Source: Fermentimonas sp. (GTDB taxonomy: Bacteria; Bacteroidota; Bacteroidia; Bacteroidales; Dysgonomonadaceae). Taken from it: DNA of 64,000 nt. Where the stretch lies: the NCBI GenBank assembly GCA_015478775.1, contig JADMKP010000008.1:184076-248075 (forward strand), written 5' to 3'. Below, piece after piece: positions 49,799-59,451 of the stretch (position 1 is the first letter of the stretch; every line of letters begins with the position of its first letter). Made by a program: the position numbers and the translations under genes. The notes below the pieces were generated by a model. The model saw only the letters and a program-made list of their open reading frames with translations. It did no database searches and was not told the origin of the DNA.

Positions 49799-49840
49799 AT
49801 ATTCTGATTTTTAAACTTAAAATTTAGCTAATATAACAGA

Positions 49841-49857
49841 AGCAAATAGTGTGCCAA
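49841..49857 (-). promoter_or_regulatory. sigma54-type -24/-12 promoter of htpG
   Basis: Minus strand TTGGCACACTATTTGCT, i.e. GG-N10-GC, 43 nt upstream of the ATG. Confidence 0.7.
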
Positions 49858-50150
49858 TCTAATATGTTTTCTATGCTAGAAATTCAAATTTGATTAGTAA
49901 ATAATATATGCTTAAAGTGTAAAATTTACAAATATGAATGAACCTTAAGAGGTTATCAATTATTTATATTGGGTATAAATACCCCAATTAAACCCTTTTT
50001 TCTTTAACCAACATACTGATAATCAATGCTAAAAGGGGTGTTGCTGATGCATTAACAATATTTAATTATAATTGACTGCTAAAATATTGTTTGTTTGGAA
50101 ATTTATAGTTTATATTTGCCTAACACAATCATTTTTAAAAGTCAAAGCTT

Positions 50151-50669
50151 ATGAAGACAAAAAGTGCATTCGAAAAACAATTGCTGAGTTTGCAAGACAA
50201 TATGTTTAATTTCGCACTCACGCTAACAGCTGACAGAGAAGAGGCTAAAGATTTACTACAAGAGACGACACTTAGAGTATTAGACAACAGAGAAAAATAT
50301 TACGAGAATGTAAATTTTAAAGGTTGGGTTTTCACAATCATGCATAATATTTTCGTTAATAATTATCGCAAAATAGTTAGAAGCCAAACCATTATAGACA
50401 AAACAGAGAATCTTTATCATCTGAACTTACCGCAGGATTCAGGATTTGATACTCCAGACGGTGCATATACTATTAAGGAGATTAATAAAGCAATTAATAG
50501 TTTTACCGATGAGTATAAGGTCCCTTTTTCTATGCATGTTTCGGGTTACAAATACGAAGAGATTGCTCAGCACTTGAGTTTACCAATAGGTACAGTAAAG
50601 AGCAGAATCTTCTTTGCTAGAAAAAGATTAAAAGATATGTTGAAGGACTTTAGATTTTACGCTGAATAA
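50151..50669 (+). CDS. ECF-type RNA polymerase sigma factor
   Basis: Region 2 AKDLLQET..FKGWVFTIMHNIF; region 4 GYKYEEIA..PIGTVKSRIFFAR. Confidence 0.93.
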   Translation: MKTKSAFEKQLLSLQDNMFNFALTLTADREEAKDLLQETTLRVLDNREKYYENVNFKGWVFTIMHNIFVNNYRKIVRSQTIIDKTENLYHLNLPQDSGFDTPDGAYTIKEINKAINSFTDEYKVPFSMHVSGYKYEEIAQHLSLPIGTVKSRIFFARKRLKDMLKDFRFYAE

Positions 50670-50689
50670 TTCATCATTATATAAAACAC

Positions 50690-50723
50690 AAAAAAGCCTC
50701 TTCAGAAATGAAGGGGCTTTTTT
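50690..50723. terminator. Bidirectional terminator between the ECF sigma gene and lon
   Basis: aaaaagcctcttca / tgaaggggcttttt. Confidence 0.88.
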
Positions 50724-50747
50724 GTTAAGGCTGGTGGAGAATAAAAC

Positions 50748-53207
50748 TTATGCTGTTTCTTCTATGAACTGTTTAGGCTTGTTTACTTTTTCCTTAAGCA
50801 GAGCAATTTCGAGTACTTCTTTAACATCGCTTACATAGTGGAAGGTAAGTCCCTTTATGTATAATTCGTTTATCTCTTGTACATTTTTGCTGTTTTGTGT
50901 GCACAGTATGATATCTGTGATGCCAGCGCGTTTTGCAGCTAATATTTTTTCGCGAATTCCACCAACAGGCAACACCTTGCCTCGGAGAGTTATTTCACCG
51001 GTCATAGCTAAATTAGCTCTCACCTTGCGCTGTGTATAGCTTGATACGAGTGAGGTAATCATTGTTATTCCTGCAGAAGGGCCATCTTTGGGTATTGCAC
51101 CCTCGGGAACGTGAACGTGAGTATTGTATTGCTCAAATATTTCGGGATTGATATTAAGCTCATCGGCATGCGAACGGATATATTCCATTGCTAGCATTGC
51201 CGACTCTTTCATTACATCGCCAAGGTTTCCGGTGAGTGTTAGTTTGGGGTTTTTACCTTTACTTAAGGAGCTTTCTACATATAGTATTTCACCACCTACA
51301 GCAGTCCATGCCAAACCAGTAACAACACCTGCATATTCATTTCCCTGATATTGCTCTCTAGTATAATCTTCTATTCCGATATAATCTTTGAGATCTGTAA
51401 CTTTAAGAGATTTTGGATATGCTTCTTCGGAAGCAATCTTGCGAGCAACACGGCGCATTATTTTTGCAATTTTTTTATTCAGCTCTCTCACGCCCGACTC
51501 GCGAGTGTAGTTCTCTACTATTTTTTGCAAAGTAGCTTTGGGAATTGTGAGCGATTTTTTATCTATACCATGATTTTCCTTCTCTTTTGGTACAAGGTGA
51601 CGATGGGCTATTTCAATTTTTTCTTCTGTTATATAGCCTCCCACATTTATTAGTTCCATCCGATCGAGTAGGGGACGAGGAATGGCGTTGTAGTTATTGG
51701 CAGTTGCTATAAATAACACCTTTGATAAATCGAAATCGATTGACAAATAGTTGTCGTGAAAAGCATTGTTTTGCTCTGGATCGAGCACCTCAAGCAGTGC
51801 AGAGGATGGGTCGCCTCTGAAATCAGATCCTAATTTATCTATTTCATCTAGCACAAAAACTGGATTGGAAGAGCCTGCCTTTTGAATGTTTTGAATTATA
51901 CGGCCAGGTATTGCTCCAATATATGTACGGCGGTGTCCGCGAATTTCAGATTCGTCGTGAAGACCTCCTAAGGAAACACGCACATATTTACGATTAAGTG
52001 CTTCGGCAACTGACTTGCCAAGTGAGGTTTTACCTACCCCGGGAGGGCCGTATAGACATATGATAGGCGACTTTAAATCTCCTTTTAGCTTTAATACGGC
52101 AAGGTGTTCTATGATACGCTCTTTAACTTTCTCCATGCCAAAATGGTCTCTGTCGAGTACCTTTTGGGCATTTTTTAAATTGAAGTTGTCTTTTGTATAT
52201 TCGTTCCAAGGGAGCTCTAGAATGGTTTGAAGGTATCCAAACTGCACGGAGAAATCGGGTGCATGCGGATTTAATCTCTCTAACTTTTGTACCTCTTTCT
52301 CGAAAATTTCAGCCACTTCGGCACTCCATTTTTTACTTTTTGCTTTTTTTCTGAACTCGTCAATTTCCACCTGTTGCGAGTTTCCACCCAGCTCTTCTTG
52401 TATAGTTTTGATTTGCTGCTGGAGGTAATATTCTTTTTGCTGTTGATTGAGATCTTCACGTGTTCTAAGCTGTATATCCATCTTCATCTCGATGATTTGC
52501 AGCTCACGACTGAGTTTATTTAAGAGGCGATAGGCCTGTTCTTTTTCATCGTCGATAGTAAGTATTTCTTGCTTTTCGCTACTTGCAATTGGCATATTAG
52601 TGCCGCAATAACTTATTAATACCGAGGTGAATCCTTTATCACTAAGTGTTTGAACCAGCTCCTTTGGAGGATCGCCAATTGTATTAAGCATGCTGAGCAT
52701 GGTTTCTCTGATTGAATCGAGAACGGCATCAAACTCTTTATCGTCTACTGCAGGCTTAATCGATTCCTTGAATTTATAGTTAGCAAGCATATATGGCTTG
52801 GTCTGTGACATCTCATTCCAACGAAAACGCTTTTTGGCCTGTATTATGATGCTGTAGTTATCTTCAGAAAATTCAACAACGCGCAACACTTCTGCTACTA
52901 CACCTATCTGATATATATCTTCTGGTTTAGGATCTTCGGTATAAGCATCTTTTTGACAAACTAAACCAATGTATCGTTTGCCTTTTGGAAGTGATTTAAT
53001 GAGTTCAATTGATTTTTTTCGGCCTACAGATATTGGGAGTGTGATTCCAGGAAATACAACTGTATCTTTTAATGGAAGAATGGGCAATAACTCAGGTAAT
53101 TCTTTCTCGTCGATGTTGTTATTATCTAGAGACAAATCACCTGTTATGAATGATATTGTTCCTTCCACCTCTCTATCGCTGGCACTATTTATTTTAAATG
53201 GATTCAT
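50748..53207 (-). CDS. lon: ATP-dependent protease La
   Basis: LPILPL N-domain, GPPGVGKTS, HRRTYIGAIPG, DEIDK, PKDGPSAG catalytic Ser, GGIREK. Confidence 0.98.
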   Translation of the reverse strand: MNPFKINSASDREVEGTISFITGDLSLDNNNIDEKELPELLPILPLKDTVVFPGITLPISVGRKKSIELIKSLPKGKRYIGLVCQKDAYTEDPKPEDIYQIGVVAEVLRVVEFSEDNYSIIIQAKKRFRWNEMSQTKPYMLANYKFKESIKPAVDDKEFDAVLDSIRETMLSMLNTIGDPPKELVQTLSDKGFTSVLISYCGTNMPIASSEKQEILTIDDEKEQAYRLLNKLSRELQIIEMKMDIQLRTREDLNQQQKEYYLQQQIKTIQEELGGNSQQVEIDEFRKKAKSKKWSAEVAEIFEKEVQKLERLNPHAPDFSVQFGYLQTILELPWNEYTKDNFNLKNAQKVLDRDHFGMEKVKERIIEHLAVLKLKGDLKSPIICLYGPPGVGKTSLGKSVAEALNRKYVRVSLGGLHDESEIRGHRRTYIGAIPGRIIQNIQKAGSSNPVFVLDEIDKLGSDFRGDPSSALLEVLDPEQNNAFHDNYLSIDFDLSKVLFIATANNYNAIPRPLLDRMELINVGGYITEEKIEIAHRHLVPKEKENHGIDKKSLTIPKATLQKIVENYTRESGVRELNKKIAKIMRRVARKIASEEAYPKSLKVTDLKDYIGIEDYTREQYQGNEYAGVVTGLAWTAVGGEILYVESSLSKGKNPKLTLTGNLGDVMKESAMLAMEYIRSHADELNINPEIFEQYNTHVHVPEGAIPKDGPSAGITMITSLVSSYTQRKVRANLAMTGEITLRGKVLPVGGIREKILAAKRAGITDIILCTQNSKNVQEINELYIKGLTFHYVSDVKEVLEIALLKEKVNKPKQFIEETA

Positions 53208-53277
53208 ACTAATCTTTACTTAGATATAAGAACGAAATAATTATTATATTTGTTTATGTAGAATGTATACTTTATTA

Positions 53278-53294
53278 CTCAAAATTCATGCCAA
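53278..53294 (-). promoter_or_regulatory. sigma54-like -24/-12 element upstream of lon
   Basis: Minus strand TTGGCATGAATTTTGAG, GG-N10-GA (imperfect -12). Confidence 0.5.
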
Positions 53295-53314
53295 AGTAAA
53301 AATAAAGGGACAGA

Positions 53315-53776
53315 ATGACAGGAACAATGAAATATATACTTTTTTATGATGGAGATTGCAGATTTTGTAACCGGTGGGTTCAATGGGTAGTGGATAGAGA
53401 CGAAGAGAGGGTTTTTATGTTTGCTGCATTAGAGAGCGTTTTTTATAAAGATTTGCAAGCTTATTTGAATATAGAGAAGGGTGCAAATTCTATTGCTATA
53501 ATTGATATAAATGACTTGTTGCAAAATAAACGATTGGCAAAGCTTAAATATCGGTCGGAGGCAGTGGCATGTTTATTTGCAAATTTGCAGCCTAATGCAT
53601 TTGTGCATAAGCTATTGAAAGTTACACCTCGGTTTATATCTGATTTTATATATAGCTGTGTGGCTGGTGTAAGAAAGTTTTTGCGGGTGGCTAAATGTCG
53701 TCTCTACACAAATGAGGAGAAAAAATTATTTTTAAATGATAGAGATTTTATTGATTTCATTTCTTTGTCATTATAA
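53315..53776 (+). CDS. DCC1-like thiol-disulfide oxidoreductase (DUF393 type)
   Basis: FYDGDCRFCN (DxxCxxC) N-terminal motif. Confidence 0.85.
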   Translation: MTGTMKYILFYDGDCRFCNRWVQWVVDRDEERVFMFAALESVFYKDLQAYLNIEKGANSIAIIDINDLLQNKRLAKLKYRSEAVACLFANLQPNAFVHKLLKVTPRFISDFIYSCVAGVRKFLRVAKCRLYTNEEKKLFLNDRDFIDFISLSL

Positions 53777-53815
53777 AAAATTGTATTTTTGCCGTTCTAA
53801 AAAAAATCCAGAAAA

Positions 53816-54355
53816 TTGAAAGAAGTAATCACCATTAAGGACAAGCAGTTTGAACTCTTTATAGAACAAGAGGTGATTGAACTGGAAATTAAGCGTATTT
53901 CTCAGCAGATTAACGCCGATTTAAAGGATAAGAATCCGATATTTCTAGCAGTACTAAATGGCTCTTTTATGTTTGCAGGAGAGTTAATGAAAGAGGTAAC
54001 TATTGCAAGTGAAATAACATTTGTGAGATTGGCTTCTTACGTTGGTACCTCATCTACCGAACATGTAAAGGAAGTTCTGGGCTTAAACGAAAGCATTGAA
54101 GGGCGTGAAGTAGTAATTGTTGAAGATATTGTTGACAGCGGTAATACCATGAACTCTCTGCTTAAGGAATTGAACAAGCTTAATCCGGCAGGAATCAGAA
54201 TTGCAACTTTATTGTTTAAACCGGCAGCTCTTGTGAATAAAGTAGACATTGATTATGTGGCACTTGAGATTCCCAACGATTTTATAGTGGGATATGGATT
54301 GGACTACGATGGGTATGGTAGGAATTTGAAGGATATTTATAAGGTAAGACAATAA
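53816..54355 (+). CDS. hpt: Hypoxanthine phosphoribosyltransferase (TTG start)
   Basis: VLNGSFMF, VIVEDIVDSGNT PRPP loop, FIVGYGLDY. Confidence 0.96.
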   Translation: MKEVITIKDKQFELFIEQEVIELEIKRISQQINADLKDKNPIFLAVLNGSFMFAGELMKEVTIASEITFVRLASYVGTSSTEHVKEVLGLNESIEGREVVIVEDIVDSGNTMNSLLKELNKLNPAGIRIATLLFKPAALVNKVDIDYVALEIPNDFIVGYGLDYDGYGRNLKDIYKVRQ

Positions 54356-54482
54356 TCGAAACCAGATTAAACTATTTAGATAAAATTCTATCAAAATAGT
54401 GGGTCTATTGAAAATAATAACTATTTTTGCAAGATAAGCAGTCGAAAAATATTAATGAAGCAGATAAAAAAAATTATTCACA

Positions 54483-55181
54483 ATGAACAAAGATGAAGTA
54501 AAAAAATCACAAAAGGCGAATCTGGAATCACACAGAGGGACTTTTATCCTTATGGGATTGGTTTTAGGTATTTCAATTCTTTTCTTTGCCTTTGAATGGT
54601 CTACTGTAACAGAAAAGTTAGATGAGTCCATTATCGTTCAGGATGTATTGGCTGAGGAAGAAATTGAAATTACCAGACGCGACCCAGCTCCGCCACCGCC
54701 ACCACCACCACCTGAGCCAGAAACACCGGAAATTATTCAGGTAGTTAATGAGGAAGTGGAGACAAAATTTGATATTAGTACTGAGGACGACCAGACTCAA
54801 CGACAAGTGCAAGCTTATGTTCCACCACCACCACCACAACCTAAACATGAAGAGGTTACGGAAGAGATTTTTGTGGTTGTAGAAGAACAACCTGAATATC
54901 CTGGAGGTAATGTTGCAATGATGAAGTTTTTAGGTGATAACATCAGATATCCGGTTATTGCACAGGAAAATGGTATTCAAGGAAGGGTAATTTGTAACTT
55001 CGTTGTAGAAAGAGATGGTAGCATTACTGACGTTCAAGTAGTACGTGGAGTTGACCCTTCGTTAGACAGGGAAGCTGTTCGTGTTATTCAGCAAATGCCC
55101 CGCTGGAAACCCGGTAAACAGAGAGGATCGGCAGTTCGTGTACGCTTTACATTACCTGTTGTATTCCGTTTACAAAACTAA
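54483..55181 (+). CDS. tonB: Energy transducer TonB
   Basis: KKSQKANLE, single TM, poly-Pro linker, PEYPGG...YPVIAQENGIQGRV..F.V. Confidence 0.95.
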   Translation: MNKDEVKKSQKANLESHRGTFILMGLVLGISILFFAFEWSTVTEKLDESIIVQDVLAEEEIEITRRDPAPPPPPPPPEPETPEIIQVVNEEVETKFDISTEDDQTQRQVQAYVPPPPPQPKHEEVTEEIFVVVEEQPEYPGGNVAMMKFLGDNIRYPVIAQENGIQGRVICNFVVERDGSITDVQVVRGVDPSLDREAVRVIQQMPRWKPGKQRGSAVRVRFTLPVVFRLQN

Positions 55182-55238
55182 AAGTTTGATTTGATTGGTT
55201 TTTAAATATCAGTCGGGTTTATAAACAAAAAGATAAAG

Positions 55239-55275
55239 AAAAAGCTGCTTTTCGTAACCGAGAAGCAGCTTTTTT
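55239..55275 (+). terminator. Terminator after tonB
   Basis: aaaaagctgctt / aagcagcttttt. Confidence 0.85.
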
Positions 55276-55305
55276 AATATAAGATTTCTATAAAATTGAT
55301 GAAAT

Positions 55306-56283
55306 ATGAGTAACAGAATAGACTTTCTTGAAAAAAGAATTAATGAGGAACTTGAAAAAGTACTAGTCAACGAAGAGCCTCGTTCTCTTTTTGAGCCACC
55401 GGTATATGTATTTTCGTTAGGAGGTAAGAGGGTACGTCCGTTACTGACTTTGATGGCTGCAGATTTATTTGAGAAAGATATTAATATTGCTATAAACCCT
55501 GCTTTGGCGGTTGAGATATTTCATAACTTCTCGTTATTACACGACGATTTAATGGATAAAGCCGATTTGCGACGGGGGAGTGAAACTGTGCATAAAAAAT
55601 GGAGTGCTAATACCGCTATTTTGTCGGGGGACGCAATGGTTATAGAATCCTATAAATATATATCAAAAGCGCCTCATAAATATCTCCCAGAGCTGTTAGA
55701 AGTGTTTTCTGATACTGCTATGGATATTTGTATAGGACAGCAGTTGGATATGGATTTTGAACAGCGTATGGATGTTACAGAAGATGAGTATTTGAAAATG
55801 ATTAGATTAAAAACAGCCGTACTTATAGGTTGCTCATTGAAATTGGGCGCAATTGTTTCAGATGCATCAGTTAAAGATTTAGAAGCATTATATCAATTTG
55901 GAATTAACTTGGGTATGGCGTTTCAACTTAAAGATGACTTGCTTGATGTGTATGGTGATTTTAAATCTTTTGGAAAGAAGCCGGGGGCTGATATATTAAG
56001 TAATAAAAAAACATATTTGCTAATTAAAGCACTCAAGAGTTCCGAAGGGAAGCAAAAAGCTGAACTGTACAAATGGTTAACTGCAGAAGAATTTGATCAT
56101 GAACAGAAAATTTTTGCTGTTAAAAAAATTTACGATGAATTAAAATTGAGGGTTTTAGTGGAAAATCTAATAGAAAAGTACTATCTTGCATCTTTGGAAT
56201 TTTTGTCATCCATTAGGATATCTGACGCTCTTAAAAATGATCTCCTAGATTTTTCAGAGCAACTGACCCACAGAGTAAAATAG
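55306..56283 (+). CDS. ispA: Polyprenyl diphosphate synthase (IspA/GGPP-type)
   Basis: GGKRVRP, LLHDDLMD..LRRG, GQQLDM, FQLKDDLLD. Confidence 0.85.
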   Translation: MSNRIDFLEKRINEELEKVLVNEEPRSLFEPPVYVFSLGGKRVRPLLTLMAADLFEKDINIAINPALAVEIFHNFSLLHDDLMDKADLRRGSETVHKKWSANTAILSGDAMVIESYKYISKAPHKYLPELLEVFSDTAMDICIGQQLDMDFEQRMDVTEDEYLKMIRLKTAVLIGCSLKLGAIVSDASVKDLEALYQFGINLGMAFQLKDDLLDVYGDFKSFGKKPGADILSNKKTYLLIKALKSSEGKQKAELYKWLTAEEFDHEQKIFAVKKIYDELKLRVLVENLIEKYYLASLEFLSSIRISDALKNDLLDFSEQLTHRVK

Positions 56284-56306
56284 TATTTTTTTAAAGAAAA
56301 AGCGGA

Positions 56307-57002
56307 ATGCCATATAGAAGATTACCAAACACCGATGCCGCACGGATTAAAGCTCTAAAAACAGCTATTGAGAAAGCAGATAATACAGATTATAAAGAAT
56401 TACAGATTACAACTACAACACTATCTGAGTCGAAAACTACACTAAATCAATTTGAAATTCTTTGTTCTCGTTATCGACGAATGCACGATATACAAGTGAA
56501 GGCAAATAAAACATTTCAGGGTAAAGTCAAAAATGCCCGAATGTACATATCTCACTTTGTTCAGGTTTTATATATGTGTGTAGTTCGTGCAGAAATTAAA
56601 GAAACCCAATTGGAATATTATAACCTTCAAAATTTAAATATGGTTGTACCCGATCTCACTTCCACTGAGTTGATATTGGAGTGGGGTGAGAAAATAATTG
56701 AAGGTGAAAATCAACGTATCTCTAAAGGGGGCGTACCAATTTATAATCCCTCTATAGCAAAAGTGAAAGTTATGTTTTCATTATTTAAAGAGGGATATCA
56801 TACTCAGAAGTTACATCAAAAAAGTACATTAAGAGTGTTGGATGAGGTGGCTGCCTATCGAGAGAAGGTTGATAAGGTGATTTTTGATATTTGGGAAGAG
56901 GTTGAAAAAAATAGTTTAGATATTTCTTCCGAAAAACGCCTAGATAGAAATAGGGAGTATGGTATTGTCTACTACTATAGAAAAGGTGAAATAGTAGAAT
57001 GA
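56307..57002 (+). CDS. Hypothetical helical protein (231 aa)
   Basis: Clean ORF starting MPYRRLPNTDAARIKAL; stop overlaps the tatD start (ATGA). Confidence 0.8.
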   Translation: MPYRRLPNTDAARIKALKTAIEKADNTDYKELQITTTTLSESKTTLNQFEILCSRYRRMHDIQVKANKTFQGKVKNARMYISHFVQVLYMCVVRAEIKETQLEYYNLQNLNMVVPDLTSTELILEWGEKIIEGENQRISKGGVPIYNPSIAKVKVMFSLFKEGYHTQKLHQKSTLRVLDEVAAYREKVDKVIFDIWEEVEKNSLDISSEKRLDRNREYGIVYYYRKGEIVE

Positions 57003-57778
57003 ATATGGTTGATACGCATGCTCATATTTTTGCCGAGGAGTTTTTGGATGATTTACCAGAGGTAGTATTAAGGGCAAATAATGCAGGTGTAAAAAAAATT
57101 CTGTTGCCTAATATAGATGAAGCTTCTATTAATGATCTAAAATATAGTGTCTCACAATATCCCGATTTATTTATTCCGATGATGGGACTACATCCAACTA
57201 GTGTTACTAGTGATTGGAAACAACAGCTTGAAATTATATATAACGAATTAAACAGCAGTAATTATATTGCTGTTGGAGAGATTGGTGTAGATTTATATTG
57301 GGATACTTCATTGCAAACAGAACAGATTTCTGTTTTTGAAGAGCAACTTAAATGGAGTGCCGAGAAGAATCTTCCGGTTTCAATACATTTTAGGAGTGCA
57401 ACCAAGGAAGTAATAAAAAGTATAAAGAGGATTGGAGTGGGATCTCTTAGAGGAGTATTTCACAGTTTTGGTGGCTCGAAGGAGGAGTTGGATAATATTC
57501 TTCAACTAAGTGATTTTATGATTGGAGTGAATGGAGTGGTTACGTATAAGAACTCAGGATTGGCCCAAACATTAATTCATTGTCCTAAAGATCGATTGGT
57601 AATGGAAACCGATTCTCCATACTTAACACCGGTTCCTTATAGAGGAAAACGCAACGAATCAGCTTATTTATGCTTTATATTAAATAAAATTTCTGAAATA
57701 TGGAACTTAGATGTTAATGAGGTTGAGAAGCTTATTAATCAGAACGTTAATATGATGTTTGGATTAAACATAATATAA
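56999..57778 (+). CDS. tatD: TatD-family hydrolase
   Basis: DTHAH, MMGLHP, AVGEIGVD, SIH, FHSFGG, METDSPYL. Confidence 0.95.
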   Translation: MNMVDTHAHIFAEEFLDDLPEVVLRANNAGVKKILLPNIDEASINDLKYSVSQYPDLFIPMMGLHPTSVTSDWKQQLEIIYNELNSSNYIAVGEIGVDLYWDTSLQTEQISVFEEQLKWSAEKNLPVSIHFRSATKEVIKSIKRIGVGSLRGVFHSFGGSKEELDNILQLSDFMIGVNGVVTYKNSGLAQTLIHCPKDRLVMETDSPYLTPVPYRGKRNESAYLCFILNKISEIWNLDVNEVEKLINQNVNMMFGLNII

Positions 57779-57922
57779 TTTTTGAAGCTAATAAAAGGAT
57801 TTTTAAAATATTTTCATCACTAACTAGATTATAATTGATAAATTCAGTAAATTTGCAAACTAAATTGAGTGGGATTGAAATATTTTTAGTAATTTGCGCC
57901 CGTTTCTGGGACGTCCCTCTAT

Positions 57923-58010
57923 GGAGAGGTGCTCGAGTGGTTGAAGAGGCACGCCTGGAAAGCGTGTATACGCCAAAAGTGTATCGCGGGTTCGAATCCC
58001 GCTCTCTCCG
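57923..58010 (+). tRNA. tRNA-Ser, anticodon GGA
   Basis: GGAGAGG acceptor, CACGC-CTGGAAA-GCGTG anticodon arm, long variable arm, GTTCGAATCC; CCA not encoded. Confidence 0.97.
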
Positions 58011-58116
58011 CTCAAAATAGAAGTCGTATAAGGTTTATATAGAAGAATTGATAAATCAAAATCATTAATAAAACAAACAAATTAAAAGATCATTAATCAA
58101 CAAAATTGAACACACA

Positions 58117-58902
58117 ATGAAAAAGTTATTCGCAATTTTAGCAATCTTCGGAATGATGTCTGTAGGATTGTCTTCGGTTCTTTTCGCACAAGAAACAACC
58201 CCTGGAGATCAAACAGAACAAGTTGCCACTACTCAAGCAGCTGTTCAGGAGTCTTCTGCTGGCTTTCACCAAGCATTGAAGGTTAAATTTATAGAAGGTG
58301 GTGCCGGTTTTATGAGTCTCATCGCTATATGTTTAATCTTAGGATTAGCTTTTAGTCTTGAAAGAATTATCTATCTAAGTTTGGCTGATGTAGATCCAGA
58401 CGCATTCCTAAATAAAGTTGGTGATGCTTTAAATAGAGGTGATGTAGAAGCAGCAAAAGATATTGCTCGCGATACAAGAGGACCTATAGCATCTATTGTT
58501 TATCAGGGTCTATTACGACTAGATAATGGTGCTGATGAGGTTGAACGTTCTATCGTTTCTTACGGTGGCGTACAATCGGGACTCCTAGAAAGAAACCTTT
58601 CATGGATTACACTTTTTATTGCTATTGCACCATCTCTTGGTTTCTTGGGAACAGTAATAGGTATGGTTAAGGCTTTTGATGATATTGCTAGAGCAGGTGA
58701 TATGAGCCCTACAATTGTTGCTGGTGGTATGAAGATTGCTTTAATTACTACTGTAGGTGGTTTGATTGTTGCAATTATTCTTCAGATTATCTATAACTAT
58801 ATTCTTTCGAAAATGGAAGGTATCCTTAATAAAATGGAAGATGCTTCTATCACTTTCCTTGATCAAGTAATCAAATATAACGTAAAATATAAAAACTTGT
58901 AA
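58117..58902 (+). CDS. exbB: MotA/TolQ/ExbB proton channel
   Basis: APSLGFLGTVIGM, GMKIALITTVGGL, three TMs plus a signal-like N-terminus. Confidence 0.94.
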   Translation: MKKLFAILAIFGMMSVGLSSVLFAQETTPGDQTEQVATTQAAVQESSAGFHQALKVKFIEGGAGFMSLIAICLILGLAFSLERIIYLSLADVDPDAFLNKVGDALNRGDVEAAKDIARDTRGPIASIVYQGLLRLDNGADEVERSIVSYGGVQSGLLERNLSWITLFIAIAPSLGFLGTVIGMVKAFDDIARAGDMSPTIVAGGMKIALITTVGGLIVAIILQIIYNYILSKMEGILNKMEDASITFLDQVIKYNVKYKNL

Positions 58903-58906
58903 TAAG

Positions 58907-59386
58907 ATGGCTGTAACTAAAATACACAGGACATCCAGAACAACATTAATCATAGGGGTTATTATCTCTATAATTGTATTGGCTCTCTTTTTCTTTGGCG
59001 GTCAGGTGGCCGATCATGAAAAAGTTGCTGCTGATATGTCTGAGCCTAAATTTACAGATTTAATATTGTACTGGAGTTATATACTTCTAGTTGTAACTGT
59101 TGTTATTTTAATAGCATTTGCAATTATTGACTTCGCAAGGGGATTAAAAGAGAATCCTAAGAAAGCAATGAGCGGTTTCCTAGCAATTCTTGCATTAGGT
59201 GCTCTGTTGGTAGTAACTTATATTATGGGTGATGGTACTTTATTAAACATACCCGGGTATGAGGGAACTGATAATGTGCCAGGAATGTTGAAACTGACCG
59301 ATATGTGGCTGTATTCATGCTATTTCATGATGATAGTAACAGTATTGGCTCTTATTTTTTCGCCTTTGATGGCTAGAAGAAAATAA
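58907..59386 (+). CDS. Hypothetical 4-TM membrane protein in the exbBD operon
   Basis: Four hydrophobic segments; 4 nt after exbB. Confidence 0.8.
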   Translation: MAVTKIHRTSRTTLIIGVIISIIVLALFFFGGQVADHEKVAADMSEPKFTDLILYWSYILLVVTVVILIAFAIIDFARGLKENPKKAMSGFLAILALGALLVVTYIMGDGTLLNIPGYEGTDNVPGMLKLTDMWLYSCYFMMIVTVLALIFSPLMARRK

Positions 59387-59451
59387 ACTTGTCTAGGTTT
59401 AAATATTGACGATTCTCTATGAGAATTTTTTAAAAGAAAGGTTTATAATTT

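Noticed and set aside
57835-58020. 61-aa ORF
   Set aside because: Reads through the tRNA-Ser gene and its promoter.
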